A DNA stretch of 64,000 bases from an uncultured Planctomycetia bacterium (GCA_963731685.1 CAVSWR010000039.1:59004-123003), one strand, 5' to 3'. Positions 42,963 to 55,097 are shown, counted from the stretch's first letter. Numbers and translations are program-made. Notes: generated by a model not told the origin, from the sequence alone.

Positions 42963-43683
42963 GCCTCGCCCTCCCATGACTTGAACCCGCAAGTTCATGA
43001 TTGACAGAGCACTAGCTGGGAGGCCAGCCCCACGATAGACGGCAGCAACTGAAACCATGGTGTAGCCGGTTGAATGACGCTCCACCGACTTGCGTCGGTG
43101 GTATCTTGCCGTGCGTCCGCAACCCGATATCGCGGGCGCGTTAATCCTTGCAGTGTGGGAACTTGAGCGGTCGTTGGCGGCGGATTATGATGCCAGAGGC
43201 GCCGTTGGGAGCGGCGTCATCAAGGAATGTTGGGGCATGCAGGCAATGAACGAGAGATACGAAGCTCTTTGGTTTCTTGGGAATGTTCGCAAACAGGGTA
43301 ACGGCGCTGAGCGGCCGCCGATGGGGCGGCTGATGGGACTCGGCGATGGTTTAACTTGCGTCGGTTTCGCGCTTGTGTTGGTTTCTTAATTCACTGTAAG
43401 GCGACTTGCGCCGGCGGATTCGCTTGAAACACCTATAGGCGTTTCGGCGCGTCGTCGTACAATAGGCGTTTTAGGCCGCGCGTGCGGAAGCGGGATGCGG
43501 CCCGACAGCGCCCTGAAGCGCTTGAATCGCACGCCGGCGCCTTTGCCGGGTCGTGGCGGAAACGCCGTTATACGCATGCGCTCGTTCACGCTTAGAACCC
43601 CGGGGCGCCGTTGACCGCCGCAACTCGTTAGGTTGAAAACATCATTCACCGCTGGTGGCCCAGCCGCCCGGGGAGCCGCTGCG

Positions 43684-44919
43684 ATGCAAGCTTTTGAAGC
43701 CACTCGATACTACTTCGACCGAGCCGCCGACCATCTGGACTTGAGTCATAACATTCGCACGTTGTTGCTGACGCCGAAGCGCGAAATCCAAGTGCAGGTG
43801 TCCATCGAGCGCGACAACGGCGAGGTGGTGACCTACATCGGCTACCGGGTGCAGCACGACAATTCACGCGGTCCGATGAAAGGCGGCTTGCGGTTCCATC
43901 AAGAAGTCGATCTGGACGAAGTGCGTTCGCTGGCCGCGCTGATGACCTGGAAAACGGCCGTCGTCGACATTCCCTACGGCGGCGCCAAGGGCGGCATCGC
44001 GGTCGATACGCGCCACCTCAGTCGCCGCGAACTGGAACGCATCACGCGCAAGTTCGTCGACGAACTGCACGACCTGGTCGGCCCGGACAGCGACATCCCC
44101 GCGCCGGACATGGGCACCAACGCCGACGTCATGGCGTGGTTCATGAACCAGTATTCCAAATACCACGGCTTCGGCCCCGCCTGCGTGACCGGCAAACCCG
44201 TCGAGTTGTACGGCCTGCCCGGCCGCGAAGAGGCCACCGGCCGCGGCGTGGGCATCCTGACCTTCAAGTTGCTCAGCCGGCTGGGACGCAAGCCCAACAA
44301 CACGCGGGTGGCCATCCAAGGGTTTGGCAACGTGGGATCGCACGCCGCGAAGTTTTTGAGCGAGGCCGACTTCAAGGTGGTGGCCATCAGCGACGTCAGC
44401 GGCGCCTACTACCGGCCCGAAGGCCTCGACGTTCACGACGCCTTGCGCTACGCCTTCAAGCACAACTACAGCCTGTCGGGCTATGAAAAGGCGCAGCCGA
44501 TTTCCAACGAGCAGCTATTGACGTTGGACGTCGACGTGCTGATCCCCGCGGCCCTGGGCGGAGTGTTGACCGAAAAAAACGCGCGGGACGTCAAGGCGGA
44601 GATTATCATCGAAGCAGCCAATGGTCCCACCTGGCCGGAGGCCGACGCCATTTTCGAGGAACACGGCATCACGGTGCTGCCCGACATTTTAGCCAACGCC
44701 GGCGGCGTGACCGCCAGCTATTTCGAGTGGGTGCAGAATCGCCAGTATTACCGATGGGGCATCGATCGCGTGCGGCAAGAGTTGGACCGGGTGCTCAGCC
44801 AAAGTTTTGAGAGCGTGTGGGAACTGTCGGTCGAGAGAAACGTGAGCCTTCGAACCGCGGCGTACATTCTGGGTATCGGCCGCGTAGGCCGAGCTACCAT
44901 TTTGGGAGGAAGCGTATGA
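43684..44919 (+). CDS. gdhA: Glu/Leu/Phe/Val dehydrogenase (glutamate dehydrogenase)
   Basis: [59 protein letters not shown]. Confidence 0.95.
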   Translation: MQAFEATRYYFDRAADHLDLSHNIRTLLLTPKREIQVQVSIERDNGEVVTYIGYRVQHDNSRGPMKGGLRFHQEVDLDEVRSLAALMTWKTAVVDIPYGGAKGGIAVDTRHLSRRELERITRKFVDELHDLVGPDSDIPAPDMGTNADVMAWFMNQYSKYHGFGPACVTGKPVELYGLPGREEATGRGVGILTFKLLSRLGRKPNNTRVAIQGFGNVGSHAAKFLSEADFKVVAISDVSGAYYRPEGLDVHDALRYAFKHNYSLSGYEKAQPISNEQLLTLDVDVLIPAALGGVLTEKNARDVKAEIIIEAANGPTWPEADAIFEEHGITVLPDILANAGGVTASYFEWVQNRQYYRWGIDRVRQELDRVLSQSFESVWELSVERNVSLRTAAYILGIGRVGRATILGGSV

Positions 44920-45452
44920 GCCTTGCCGAACTGCCGCTGGAGACCTTGCGAAAGGTCCCGCTGTTCGAGAACCTCAACGACGAGGAGTTGCGGCACGTCA
45001 CCGAAGCCGCCGCGCTGGCCACATATTCGCCCGGCGAACTGGTGCTCTGTCAAGGAAAACGCAGCCAGAACTTGTGGATCGTGTTGGAAGGCGTTTGCGA
45101 GGTCATCAAGCAGCCCGACGGCGAAACCGGCGAGTTGGTGTTGGCCACTCTCGAAGCTTTTGACAATTTCGGCGAAATGTCGTTTTTCAATAGCGCCCCG
45201 CACTCGGCCGGAGTGCGGGCGAAAACACACATCAAGCTGCTGCGGATTTCGCGCGAGGCCTACGACGAACTGATCCAAAACGGGCGCTGGGCGGCCTACA
45301 AGCTGGCGTACAACAGCGTCGAAAGCCTGGCGATTCGTTTGCGGCGCATGGACGAATGGGTGGCCCGCCTCACCCGCGACGCCGCCCAAAGCAGCCGCGT
45401 ACAGGAGTGGAGCAGCTTTCGGGACAAGCTGTTCACGGAATGGAATCTCTGA
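44916..45452 (+). CDS. Cyclic-nucleotide-binding domain protein
   Basis: [28 protein letters not shown] phosphate-binding cassette; ATGA overlap with gdh. Confidence 0.88.
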   Translation: MSLAELPLETLRKVPLFENLNDEELRHVTEAAALATYSPGELVLCQGKRSQNLWIVLEGVCEVIKQPDGETGELVLATLEAFDNFGEMSFFNSAPHSAGVRAKTHIKLLRISREAYDELIQNGRWAAYKLAYNSVESLAIRLRRMDEWVARLTRDAAQSSRVQEWSSFRDKLFTEWNL

Positions 45453-45496
45453 GACCGGCCGGTTCCCTCATTCCCTTCCGCAACACGGATATCCTC

Positions 45497-48400
45497 GTGA
45501 AATCTCTCGTCACTTCGTGCGGGCGGCTGTCCGCATTTGCCGCGCTGTTGATTTGCGGCGCCTCGGCGAGCGCCGAAGAGCGCGTCATCCATCGCTTCGC
45601 CCGGCAAAGCCTGACCGATACGTACTATTCCGAAGGCGTCGCGGTCGGCGACATCAACCGGGACGGCGCGGCCGACGTGGTGCATGGCCCTTATTGGTTC
45701 GCCGGGCCCGACTTCAAATCGCCGCGTGAAATCTACGCCGCCAAGCCCCAGCCGCGCGAGAAATACGCCGACAACTTCTTCTCCTGGGTCTACGATTTCG
45801 ACGGCGACGGTTGGAACGACGTCTTGACCGCCGGCTTTCCCGGCACGCCGGCCTATGTGTATCAGAACCCGGCGCGGGCCGATTTCCAAGGCCATTGGAT
45901 CAAGCACGAAGTGTTCGATTGGGTTTCCAACGAATCGCCGCAGTTCGTCGACCTGGTCGGCGACGAGCGGCCGGAGCTGGTCTGCACGCGCGACGGTTAC
46001 TTTGGCTACGCCACGGTCGATTGGGAGCGGCCCTGGCGCCGTTGGACATTTCATCGCATTTCGCCACAGTTGGCGCCCAAGCGGTTCGGCCACGGCCTGG
46101 GCGTCGGCGACATCGACGGCGATCAGCGGGCCGACGTCCTCTTCCAGAGCGGTTGGTTCCAACAGCCCGAGTCGCTTGCCGACGATCCGCCCTGGCAGTT
46201 GCACGAGTATTCCTTCACCAAGGCCGGCGGCGCCGAAATGTACGCCTACGACGTTGACGGCGACGGCGACAAGGACGTCATCACCAGCCTGGCCGCGCAC
46301 TCGTTTGGCTTGGCTTGGTTCGAACAAATCAAGGAAGGCGGCAAAATCACGTTCCGCCAGCACTTGATCATGGGCCAAAAGCCCGACGAAAATCGCTATG
46401 GCCTGGTGTTCAGCGAATTGCACACGCGTGCAACCTGGCCGACATCGACGGCGACGGCCTCCAAGACATCGTGACCGGCAAGACCTACTGGTCGCACCAC
46501 CGGCAGAGCGCCACATGTGGGACGCCGGCGCCGTGGTCTATTGGTTCAAACTGGTGCGCGGCGCCGAAGGCGTCGACTGGATTCCCTACCAGGCCGACGA
46601 CCGGGCCGGCATCGGGCGGCAGGTGATCGTCGCCGATGTGAACGGCGACAAACTGCCGGATATTGTGACCGGCGGCATGAAAGGCTGCCACGTCCTGACG
46701 CAGCACCGCGAGGCGGTCGACGAGCAGACCTGGCGCAACGCGCAGCCGCAGCCTCCGCTACCGCCCAAGCCGCTGCTGGCCGGTCTCGCGCCGGAGGAGG
46801 CCGCCAAGAACATGACGGTCCCGCCAGGTTTTCACGTCACGCTGGCCGCCGGCGAACCGATGGTGCATCAGCCCATCGCCATGACGTTCGACCATCGCGG
46901 GCGTTTGTGGATCGCCGAGGCGTACACCTATCCCATCCGCGCTCCCGAGGGCGAAGGCAAGGACCGCATCATCATCCTCGACGACACCGACCACGACGGC
47001 GTATTCGACAACCGGCGAGGTCTTCGCCGAGGGACTGAATCTCGTCAGCGGCTTGGAAGTTGGCTTCGGCGGCGTCTGGGTGGGGGCCGCGCCCTACTTG
47101 CTGTTCATTCCCGACGCCGACGGCGACGACCAACCTGACGGCGAGCCGCAAAGTCCTGCTCGACGGGTTCGGCTACCAGGACACGCACGAGACGCTCAAC
47201 TCGTTCATCTGGGGGCCCGACGGCTGGTTGTACGGCTGCCACGGCGTGTTCACGCATTCGCGCGTCGGCAAGCCGGGGACGCGCCGACGACGAGCGCACG
47301 CCGCTCAACGCCGGCGTGTGGCGCTACCATCCCACGCGGCACGAGTTCGAGGTCTTCGCCTACGGCACGAGCAATCCTTGGGGAGTCGATTTCAACGACC
47401 ACGGCCACGCCTTCATTACGGCCTGCGTGATTCCGCATCTTTGGCACATGGTGCAAGGCGGCCGCTACCACCGGCAAGGCGGGCAGCACTTCAATCCGCA
47501 CGTTTACGACGACATCAAGACCATCGCCGACCACGCGCACTATGTCGGCAACATCCGCGATCACGCCTGGTGGGGACACGAGCCGCAGGCCCCGCAAGGC
47601 ACACTGGCCGCCGGCGGTGGACACGCCCATTGCGGGGCGATGATCTACCTGGCAGACAACTGGCCGGCCCGCTATCGCAACCAGATTTTCATGAACAACA
47701 TTCACGGCAACCGGGTGAACAACGATCGCCTGGAGCGGGCAGGCTCCGGTTACGTCGGCCGCCACTCGCCCGATTTGCTGTTGGCCAACGATCAATGGTT
47801 CCGCGGCATCAACCTCAAGTACGGACCCGACGGCTCGGTCTACCTCATCGATTGGTACGACCGCAACGCCTGCCATCGCCGCACGCCGGAAATCTGGGAC
47901 CGCACCAACGGCCGCGTGTACAACATCCGCTATGGCGCCGTGGCCCGCGAAGCGGTTGACGAAAGCAAGTTGAGCGACGGCGAGCTCGTGGCCCTGCAAA
48001 CCCACGCCAATGAATGGCGCGTCCGCATGGCCCGCCGCTTGTTGCAGGAACGAGCCGCCGCCGGCCGGCTCGACGCGAAAACGCCCGGCCAACTGTGGGA
48101 TCTGGCGGCCAACCACCCCGACGTCACGCGAAAACTCCGCGCGCTTTGGACCCTGCACGCAGTCGGCGGTCTGGACAACACCCGCTTGCGCTCGCTGTTG
48201 AAAGACCCCAGCGAACACCTTAGGGCTTGGGCCATCCAACTCGAAATGGAAGATCGCGCGGCCGACGACGAGACGCTGGCCGATTTCGAGCGTCTAGCCC
48301 GCGAAGACCCCTCGCCGCTGGTGCGCTTGTACCTGGCGTCGGCCTTGCAGCGATTGCCGGTCGAGCGGCGTTGGAAAATCGCCGAGGCGCTGATCGCGCA

Positions 48401-50150
48401 CGCCGAGGACGCGGCCGATCACAACTTGCCGCTGATGATTTGGTACGGTGTCGAGCCGATGGTCGCGGCCGATCCGGCCCGTGCTCTACAGCTCTCGCAC
48501 AAGGCCGGCTTGCCGCTGTTGCGAAGTTACATCCTGCGCCGTGCGGCGTCGGACAACGACTCGCTCAATCTCGTGGTGGAAGAGCTGACGCGGGCCAAGA
48601 CGCCAGAGGAAGAGCAACTCATCCTCGACGAGATGACGGGCGCCTTCGAGGGCCGCGTGAATATCCCGCTGCCGCGCGCCTGGTCGGCCGCCTACGAGAA
48701 GCTGCAAAACAGCAAGAGCGCCGAGGTGCGCCAGCGGGCCGACCGCGTGGCCGTGATGCTGGGTGACCGCCGCATCTTTCCGCGCATGCGCGAAGTGTTG
48801 GCCGACAACCGGGCGAACCTCCAGCAGCGGCAGTTGGCCTTGGACATTCTCGTCCGCGGACGCGACGCCGAGGCCGCCGGCGCTTTGCAAGCGGCGGTCA
48901 AGGCGCCGGCGCTGCGGGCCGCGGCCATTCGGGCCTTGGCCTCGTTGAGCGATCCGCAAACGCCCGCCGCCGTGCTGGCCGAGTATGCCCGGCTGAGCGA
49001 AAGCCAGCGGCGCGACGCCGTGAACACGCTGGTGTCGCGTCCTTCGTACGCATTGGAACTGCTCGCGGCGATGGAAAGCGGCGCCGTGCCGCGCACCGAC
49101 CTGCACGCTTTCAACGTGCGGCAACTGCTCCGCTTCAAAAACCAGGACCTCAACAAGCGCATCAAAGACGTGTGGGGCGAATTCCGTGAGGCCTCCGGCG
49201 ACAAGAGACAAGAGATCGCCCGCTATAAGGCGGCGCTGACGGCCGCCCGGCTCAAGTCCGGCGACGTCGCCAACGGCCGGCGGCTGTTCGCCAAGACCTG
49301 CGCCGCCTGCCATCGCCTGTTTGGCGAAGGCGGCAAGGTGGGCCCGGAGCTTACCGGCTCGAACCGCGCGAATCTCGATTACGTGTTGGAAAACATCCTC
49401 GACCCCAGCGCCGTGCTGGGCAAGGACTACCGCTTGACCGTGCTCGCCACCGACGATGGCCGCGTGGTGTCGGGCATTGTGCAGCGCGAGACCGACAGCG
49501 CCCTGACCGTCCGCACGATCAACGACACCGTCGTCGTGCCCAAGCAGTCCATCGAGGCCCGGCAGCTTTCCGATAAGTCGATGATGCCCGACGGGCTGCT
49601 GCAACCGCTGAAGCCCGACGAAGTTCGCGATCTGATCGCCTACCTCGGCAGCCCCACGCAAGTCGCGCTCGAAGGGCCGCGGGCGCCGATCGACGGCAAG
49701 TCAGGCCGTGTGCCCGGCGCCATCGAAGGCGAAAGCCTGAAGGTCCTCGCCAAGTCGGCCGGCTCGGCGGGCGGCCAGCAGATGGGCGTCTTTCGCAAGG
49801 ACCGCTGGAGCGCCGCCAATCATCTCTGGTGGACCGGCGCCAAGCCCGGCGCGCGGCTGGAACTGGCCGTGCCGGTGGCCAAGGCCGGCCAATACACGGT
49901 CGAACTGGTGCTCACCCGAGCGCGCGATTACGGCATCGTGAAGCTATCGCTCGACGGCCAGGCGCTCGGCGGTCCCATCGACCTGTTCCACGCCCCGGAC
50001 GTGGTGACCACCGGCGTCTTGAACTTTTCCGCCCGCGAGCTCACCGCCGGCGTTCACAAGCTCAGCGTCGAGATTCTCGGCGCCAACCCCAAGGCCGTCA
50101 AATCGTACATGTTCGGTCTAGACTACGTTCGCCTTCAGCCGGTCGAATAG
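45497..50150 (+). CDS. FG-GAP/VCBS repeats fused to a PVC-type membrane-bound dehydrogenase with CxxCH haem-binding domain and C-terminal beta-sandwich (several frameshifts 46425-47285)
   Basis: GDINRDG/DIDGDG repeats, MTVPPGFHVTLAAGEP, GTSNPWG, GPDGSVYLIDWYD, HEAT-like repeats, CAACH, GPELTG, SMMPDGL. Confidence 0.85.
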
Positions 50151-50170
50151 AAGTGGCTGGCGTCTTTCCC

Positions 50171-50194
50171 GTAGCCGAAGTCGCCAGACTTTGG
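50171..50194 (+). repeat. GTAG-type REP hairpin
   Basis: GTAG-CCGAAGTC-GCCA-GACTTTGG, similar to the REP at 31160. Confidence 0.6.
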
Positions 50195-50585
50195 CGACGA
50201 CGTGGACAGCTCCCGCCGCGCGTTGAGGCCAACTCTTGGTCAACCAATTCAGTGAGTTTGCCGCATCACCACAAAGCGGCAACGTGGTAAAACTGCCGGA
50301 AATTGACGGCGAAGTTCTCTGTGCGCCGTTTAGCGAATTCCGTCTGTGTGTATTGGACGCTCTGGACATGGCGTTGGTAACCTACGGGATTGTGCGGTTG
50401 AACTACTTACTCGACTGACCACCACATGGCTCGACATCGCAGCCGCCCCGCCGCTTGCTCCCGATCTCGATGCCCGGTTCAATGGCTGAATTCCTCAGAC
50501 GCTGGCGAGGCGGACGCATGATTCCACGACACCAGAGTCAGCAAGTATCCAGAGGTCCGTTACCGGAACCGAAGGGAATGACCCC

Positions 50586-51748
50586 ATGACCGCCTTTGAA
50601 GGGATACACGTCCACGGCTTCCGGCGTCTGTACGACGTCAACCTGAGGCTCAAACCGCTCAACGTCATGATCGGCGCCAACAGCAGCGGCAAGACGACGA
50701 TCCTGGACGTCTTCACGCTGCTGGCTGCGTCCGCCTCGGGCGACCTTGCCGAGACAATCAGCCACTTCGGCGGCGTGGATGGCAATTTGACAAACCTGTC
50801 GATTGCCAACGCCGGCAAGGCCCGATTCATGTCGTTTGAACTGGGTATGCCGGTCTCCGAACAAAACCCGATCGACTACCGCATAACCTTGTCGCAACAG
50901 GGCGCCGGTTACGAAATCTCCGATGAGACGTTGAGCCAACAGCGGACGCCGAGCCCGCCGCCCTTCAAGCACATCGAATCGCACCGCGGCAACGTCCGCT
51001 ACTTCGTGCCGCAAGATGGGCTCCAGCCTCCCACTTGGGATTACAACCAAGGTGAGTCCGCTCTTTCGCAGGTTCCCAAGATGTTTCAGGAGCCCGAGGA
51101 TTTCCGGAAGCGGCTGGCGTCGTCCACTCATTCCACATGCTGGACGTATCACAGCGAGCGCCCGTGCGACTCCCTCAACCGATGCGGGACGCAAAGCTGC
51201 CCGGTCACGACGGAGAAGACCTCGTGTCGTGTCTGTACACGCTGCGCGAGACTGATCCCGATGCGTTCGAGGCCATTGGGGATAGCTTGCGGGCCGGATT
51301 CCCGAGCTTTGAGCGGCTGAGTTTCCCGCCTGTGGCGGCCGGCACGCTGGCGATGACCTGGAAGGATACGACCAGCAAGAACCCCTTCTTCATGCACCAG
51401 CTTTCGGAGGGGACGCTGCGGTTTCTCTGGCTGGTGACATTACTTCAAAGTCCGGGTCTGACGGCCATCACCTTGATTGACGAACCGGAGGTAAGCCTGC
51501 ACCCGGAACTCTTGTCGCTTCTGGCCGACTTGATGCGAGAAGCGTCGCGGCGGACTCAGTTGATCGTTGCGACGCACGCGGATCGACTCGTTCGTTACCT
51601 CAAGCCGGAAGAAGTGGTAACGATGAACCTCAACGACGACGGCGCAGCCGAGATGATCTGGGCAGATGAACTCGACCTGGATCAGTGGCTAGATGAATAC
51701 ACGCTGGATGAGGTGTGGCGACTCGGCCGCCTGGGAGGCCGATCGTGA
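50586..51748 (+). CDS. AAA_21/AbiEii-like ABC-type ATPase (frameshift near 51135)
   Basis: Walker A GANSSGKT, signature LSEGTLRF, Walker B LIDEPEVSLHP, ATH. Confidence 0.88.
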
Positions 51749-52356
51749 GAATTGCCATCCTCGTCGAAGGCAAGACCGAGCGGGCCTTCAAGCCGCACCT
51801 CCAAGCGTTTCTCAAAAGACACCTCGAAGGAAAAATGCCGAAGCTGGACATTGTTCCGTTTGATGGTCGGCTGCCGATAGAAAAGAAACTCCAGCGGATT
51901 GTCCAGCGCCTGCTGAATGACAAGAAGCGCCCGGCGGACGCCGTCATCGCCCTGACCGATGTCTACCCGGACTACACGACTGCGCAAGACGCTAAGACAA
52001 AAATCAAGGCATGGGTTGGTGATGAAGAACGCTTCTATGTTCACGTGGCCCTGCACGACTTCGAGGCTTGGTTGCTTCCTTACTGGCAGAAGATTCAGAA
52101 GCTAACCGGGAGCAATCGCAAGCCGCCTGGAAAAGACCCGGAGAAGGTGAATCATGAGAATTCACCAGCGAACCGATTGGCCGAAGTCTACCGAACGGGC
52201 GCCAAAACCAAGAGCTATAAGAAAGCGATTGACGCGGGCGCCATTCTTCGCGGCGAGGATTTGTCGGTTGCAATCGACGCGTGCCCTGAACTAATGGGGT
52301 TTATCAACTACATCCTCAAACTGTGCGGTATCAAAGCCAGAAATCTGCTCAAGTGA
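51745..52356 (+). CDS. DUF4276-like TOPRIM-fold protein, partner of the ATPase
   Basis: ILVEGKTE, ALTDVYP, HDFEAWLL, PEKVNH, YKKAID, ACPE; GTGA overlap with the ATPase stop. Confidence 0.8.
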   Translation: MRIAILVEGKTERAFKPHLQAFLKRHLEGKMPKLDIVPFDGRLPIEKKLQRIVQRLLNDKKRPADAVIALTDVYPDYTTAQDAKTKIKAWVGDEERFYVHVALHDFEAWLLPYWQKIQKLTGSNRKPPGKDPEKVNHENSPANRLAEVYRTGAKTKSYKKAIDAGAILRGEDLSVAIDACPELMGFINYILKLCGIKARNLLK

Positions 52357-52514
52357 ACCCAGCACTGCAACCCTCCAGCGATCGTCCGCGCGACCCCAGC
52401 GAGGTTATACCCCGTTCGGGGCTATGAACGGCATTTTGCCCGTTATGCAGGGGTAAAGAAAGCGGCGCGGTTGGCGGCGGCTCGGCGGGATCCTCGCCCT
52501 CCGGGGGGCGCAGC

Positions 52515-53597
52515 TCAGCGGGCAATTAGCAGGACTTCTTTGGAGGCGGCGTTGCGGGATAGGACGTACTGATATTGCCCGTAGTACACGCACTCGACGC
52601 GCGGCTTGACCGCGCGTAGCAGGGCGGCCAGTTCGTCGATCGTCGGCGTGCCGTCGTCGCGGTAGGAGACGACCAGCGTCGACCGCTCAAACCGCCGGAA
52701 CAGCGAGGCGAAGGCCTCCCGGCATTGCCGCGGATCGGACCAGGCGGAGGGCCGATTTTGCAGCGGCCGGTGCTTGCGGCGGTAGTCGACGCGGGCCGGC
52801 CAGTTGCGATAGTCGACCAAGCCTTCCAAGAAATGATAGAAGCCGTGATAGTCGACGCCCGACCCGCGGCCGTTGATATACGGCGGATCGATATACACCA
52901 GGTCGAACTTGCCCGGCACATCGGCGGCGCCGCCGCACCGCGCACGGCACGGCGCCCCCGAGTCGAACGCGGCGGCGTTGGCCTCCCGCACAAAGCGGCG
53001 GAAGTGCTCCTCAAAGGGACGGTCCCAAGCGGTCTTGTTGCCAAACCCGCGCTGGACGTCGGCCTCGCGCAGGTAGAGGTTCTTTCTGTGGAACAAGTTG
53101 TAGGGGCGTTTGATGACACACGCCTGGAACAGGGCGTAATACGCCAACGCGCGGCGATAGCGGCCTGGCAAACGCGGAATGTTCTGGGCGACAACATCCA
53201 GCCAGCGGTTTTCCTCGTCGGTGAAGTAGACGCCGGGAAAGGTCCTGGCGATGAAGTCGTCGTACCGCCGGCCGCGGCGCGGGTTCAGCACGAGCTCGAC
53301 GTCCCGTTCCTCCAGTCTTTGGCCGGGGTTCTCGATGAGGGCTTGGCCGATTGTATGGTTGAACCGCAAGTAGTCGTTGTAGGTGACCTGCTTGCCGTGG
53401 CTCTTGAACAGATAGGCGACTGAGCCCGTACCGCCGAAGGCGTCCAACGCCGTGTGAAATGGGCAATCGCCGACATGGTCCCAAATCCACGAGAGCAGCT
53501 TGAGTTTGCTGCCTTGATAGCGAGTGGAAGGCGGCTTGCGCGGCAAGCCGGCTCTAGTGCATGTTGGCTGCGGCGCGCCTCCGGCTGGACCTTCCAA
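52515..53597 (-). CDS. N6-adenine DNA methyltransferase (D12/FokI-like), orphan
   Basis: RYQGSK, DAFGGTGSV motif I, DLVYIDPPY motif IV. Confidence 0.9.
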   Translation of the reverse strand: MEGPAGGAPQPTCTRAGLPRKPPSTRYQGSKLKLLSWIWDHVGDCPFHTALDAFGGTGSVAYLFKSHGKQVTYNDYLRFNHTIGQALIENPGQRLEERDVELVLNPRRGRRYDDFIARTFPGVYFTDEENRWLDVVAQNIPRLPGRYRRALAYYALFQACVIKRPYNLFHRKNLYLREADVQRGFGNKTAWDRPFEEHFRRFVREANAAAFDSGAPCRARCGGAADVPGKFDLVYIDPPYINGRGSGVDYHGFYHFLEGLVDYRNWPARVDYRRKHRPLQNRPSAWSDPRQCREAFASLFRRFERSTLVVSYRDDGTPTIDELAALLRAVKPRVECVYYGQYQYVLSRNAASKEVLLIAR

Positions 53598-53654
53598 GCG
53601 TCTGGCTCCCGAAGAGGAAAACGGCGAAACAAGCCGAACATGCGACCCGGACCG

Positions 53655-54986
53655 CTACGTCTCATACGCGCGGGCGAGCAGCTCCATCGGATGAGCGACT
53701 TCGAGTTTGTGGCCCTGGCGCCGGGCTTCGCGCATGATCTGCAGCAGGCAGCCGGCGTTGCCGGTCACCACGACGTCGGCGCCGGTGCTGAGGATGTTGT
53801 CGAGCTTCCGCCGACTGAGGCGGCCGGCCATCTCCGGTTCGGTGAGGTTGTACGTGCCGGCGGCGCCGCAACAGAGGTCGCTTTCGGGCAGGTCGAACAA
53901 CTGCAATCCGCGAATCTGCCGCAACAGCCGCCGCGGCGCCTCGCGCACGCGTTGGGCGTGGGCCAGATGGCAGGCGTCGTGATAGGTCGCCTTGAGCGGC
54001 GTCTCGCGCGGAGGCGTCACGAGGCCCAGCTCGTCGAGAAACTCGCTGACGTCGCGGACCTTGGCGGCGAACTTTTCACGCCGTTCGGCCTGCTCGTCGC
54101 TCCAGTGATGGCCGTAGTCTTTCAACATCGAGCCGCAGCCGGCGACATTGACAATCACGGCGTCGACGTCGTCGATATCGAACGCTTCGACGTTCTTGTT
54201 GGAAAGCTCGCGGGCCGGCTGGCTGGCGCCGGCGTGGAAGTGAATCGCGCCGCAGCAGGCCTGGCCGCGCGGAACCAGCACGTCGCAGCCGTTGTGCCGC
54301 AGGACTTGCAGGGTGTCCCAATGCGTGTGGCGGAACATCACGTCGCCCACGCAGCCGGTGAACAAGGCCACCTTCGCGCGGCGGCGGCCGATGGCGGGCG
54401 ACACCTCCGGCAAGGCCGGTTGACGTTTGCGCGGCGGCGGCAGCATGGCGACCAACTGCCGCAACCGCGAGGGGAGCAACTTCGTCAGGCCGAGCGATTC
54501 GGACAACCGCATTAGGCCCAGCCGCTGGGCGACGCGGGCCGGCCAGAGCAGTTTGCGCATGCGGCCAGGGTTGGGAAACACGCCGAACAGAATCCAGCGA
54601 TGAAACCAGTCGCCGGTTTTGCGGTCGGCGTCGGCGGAGTTCTCTTCCATGGCCACGCGGAACGGCTCGATGAGCTTGCCGTATTGCACGCCCGAGGGGC
54701 AGGCCGTCTCGCAGGCCCGGCAGTCGAGGCAAAGCTCCAGATGCCGGCGGACTTCGTGGTTGAGCGCCAAGCGGCCGTCGGTGACGGCGCGCATCAAATA
54801 AATGCGGCCGCGCGGGCTATCGTTTTCGTTGCCCAACTCGACGTAGGTCGGGCACGACGCGGTACACAGGCCGCAATGCACACAGTCGAGAAACAGGTTG
54901 TAGTCGATCCCGGCGCCGGGGTTGGCCGGGCGTTTCTCCGGCTGAACACCGGGTGGCGGAATCGAGATGGGATTCGTTTCGCTCAT
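53655..54986 (-). CDS. glcF: Glycolate oxidase Fe-S subunit GlcF
   Basis: CVHCGLCTASCPT, CLDCRACETACPSG and two CCG domains. Confidence 0.92.
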   Translation of the reverse strand: MSETNPISIPPPGVQPEKRPANPGAGIDYNLFLDCVHCGLCTASCPTYVELGNENDSPRGRIYLMRAVTDGRLALNHEVRRHLELCLDCRACETACPSGVQYGKLIEPFRVAMEENSADADRKTGDWFHRWILFGVFPNPGRMRKLLWPARVAQRLGLMRLSESLGLTKLLPSRLRQLVAMLPPPRKRQPALPEVSPAIGRRRAKVALFTGCVGDVMFRHTHWDTLQVLRHNGCDVLVPRGQACCGAIHFHAGASQPARELSNKNVEAFDIDDVDAVIVNVAGCGSMLKDYGHHWSDEQAERREKFAAKVRDVSEFLDELGLVTPPRETPLKATYHDACHLAHAQRVREAPRRLLRQIRGLQLFDLPESDLCCGAAGTYNLTEPEMAGRLSRRKLDNILSTGADVVVTGNAGCLLQIMREARRQGHKLEVAHPMELLARAYET

Positions 54987-55097
54987 GAAACTGTTGGTCT
55001 TGTCCTTCTCGTGGCGAAATCGTGCCGGCGCCTGACGGCTGCCGTGGGCAACCCCGCGTTGTGCGGACGGAAAGGCGCCGCCGAAGCGCGGGCCACG

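Larger units (their letters stand above)
41366..43015. mobile_element. CTAG-bounded MITE with internal REP pair (gggagggcgaggc...gcctcgccctccc), interrupted by IS4
   Basis: Ends ctagtggtccgtcaa / ttgacagagcactag resemble 31131-31261; removing the IS restores the REP inverted pair. Confidence 0.7.

Noticed and set aside
50236-50418. 60-aa ORF as a functional gene
   Set aside because: It begins just after a REP hairpin with no clear RBS; at most a 3' gene remnant.
52354-52450. attC site after the DUF4276-like gene
   Set aside because: The start (gaacccagcactgcaac) is suggestive, but no convincing complementary right arm was found.
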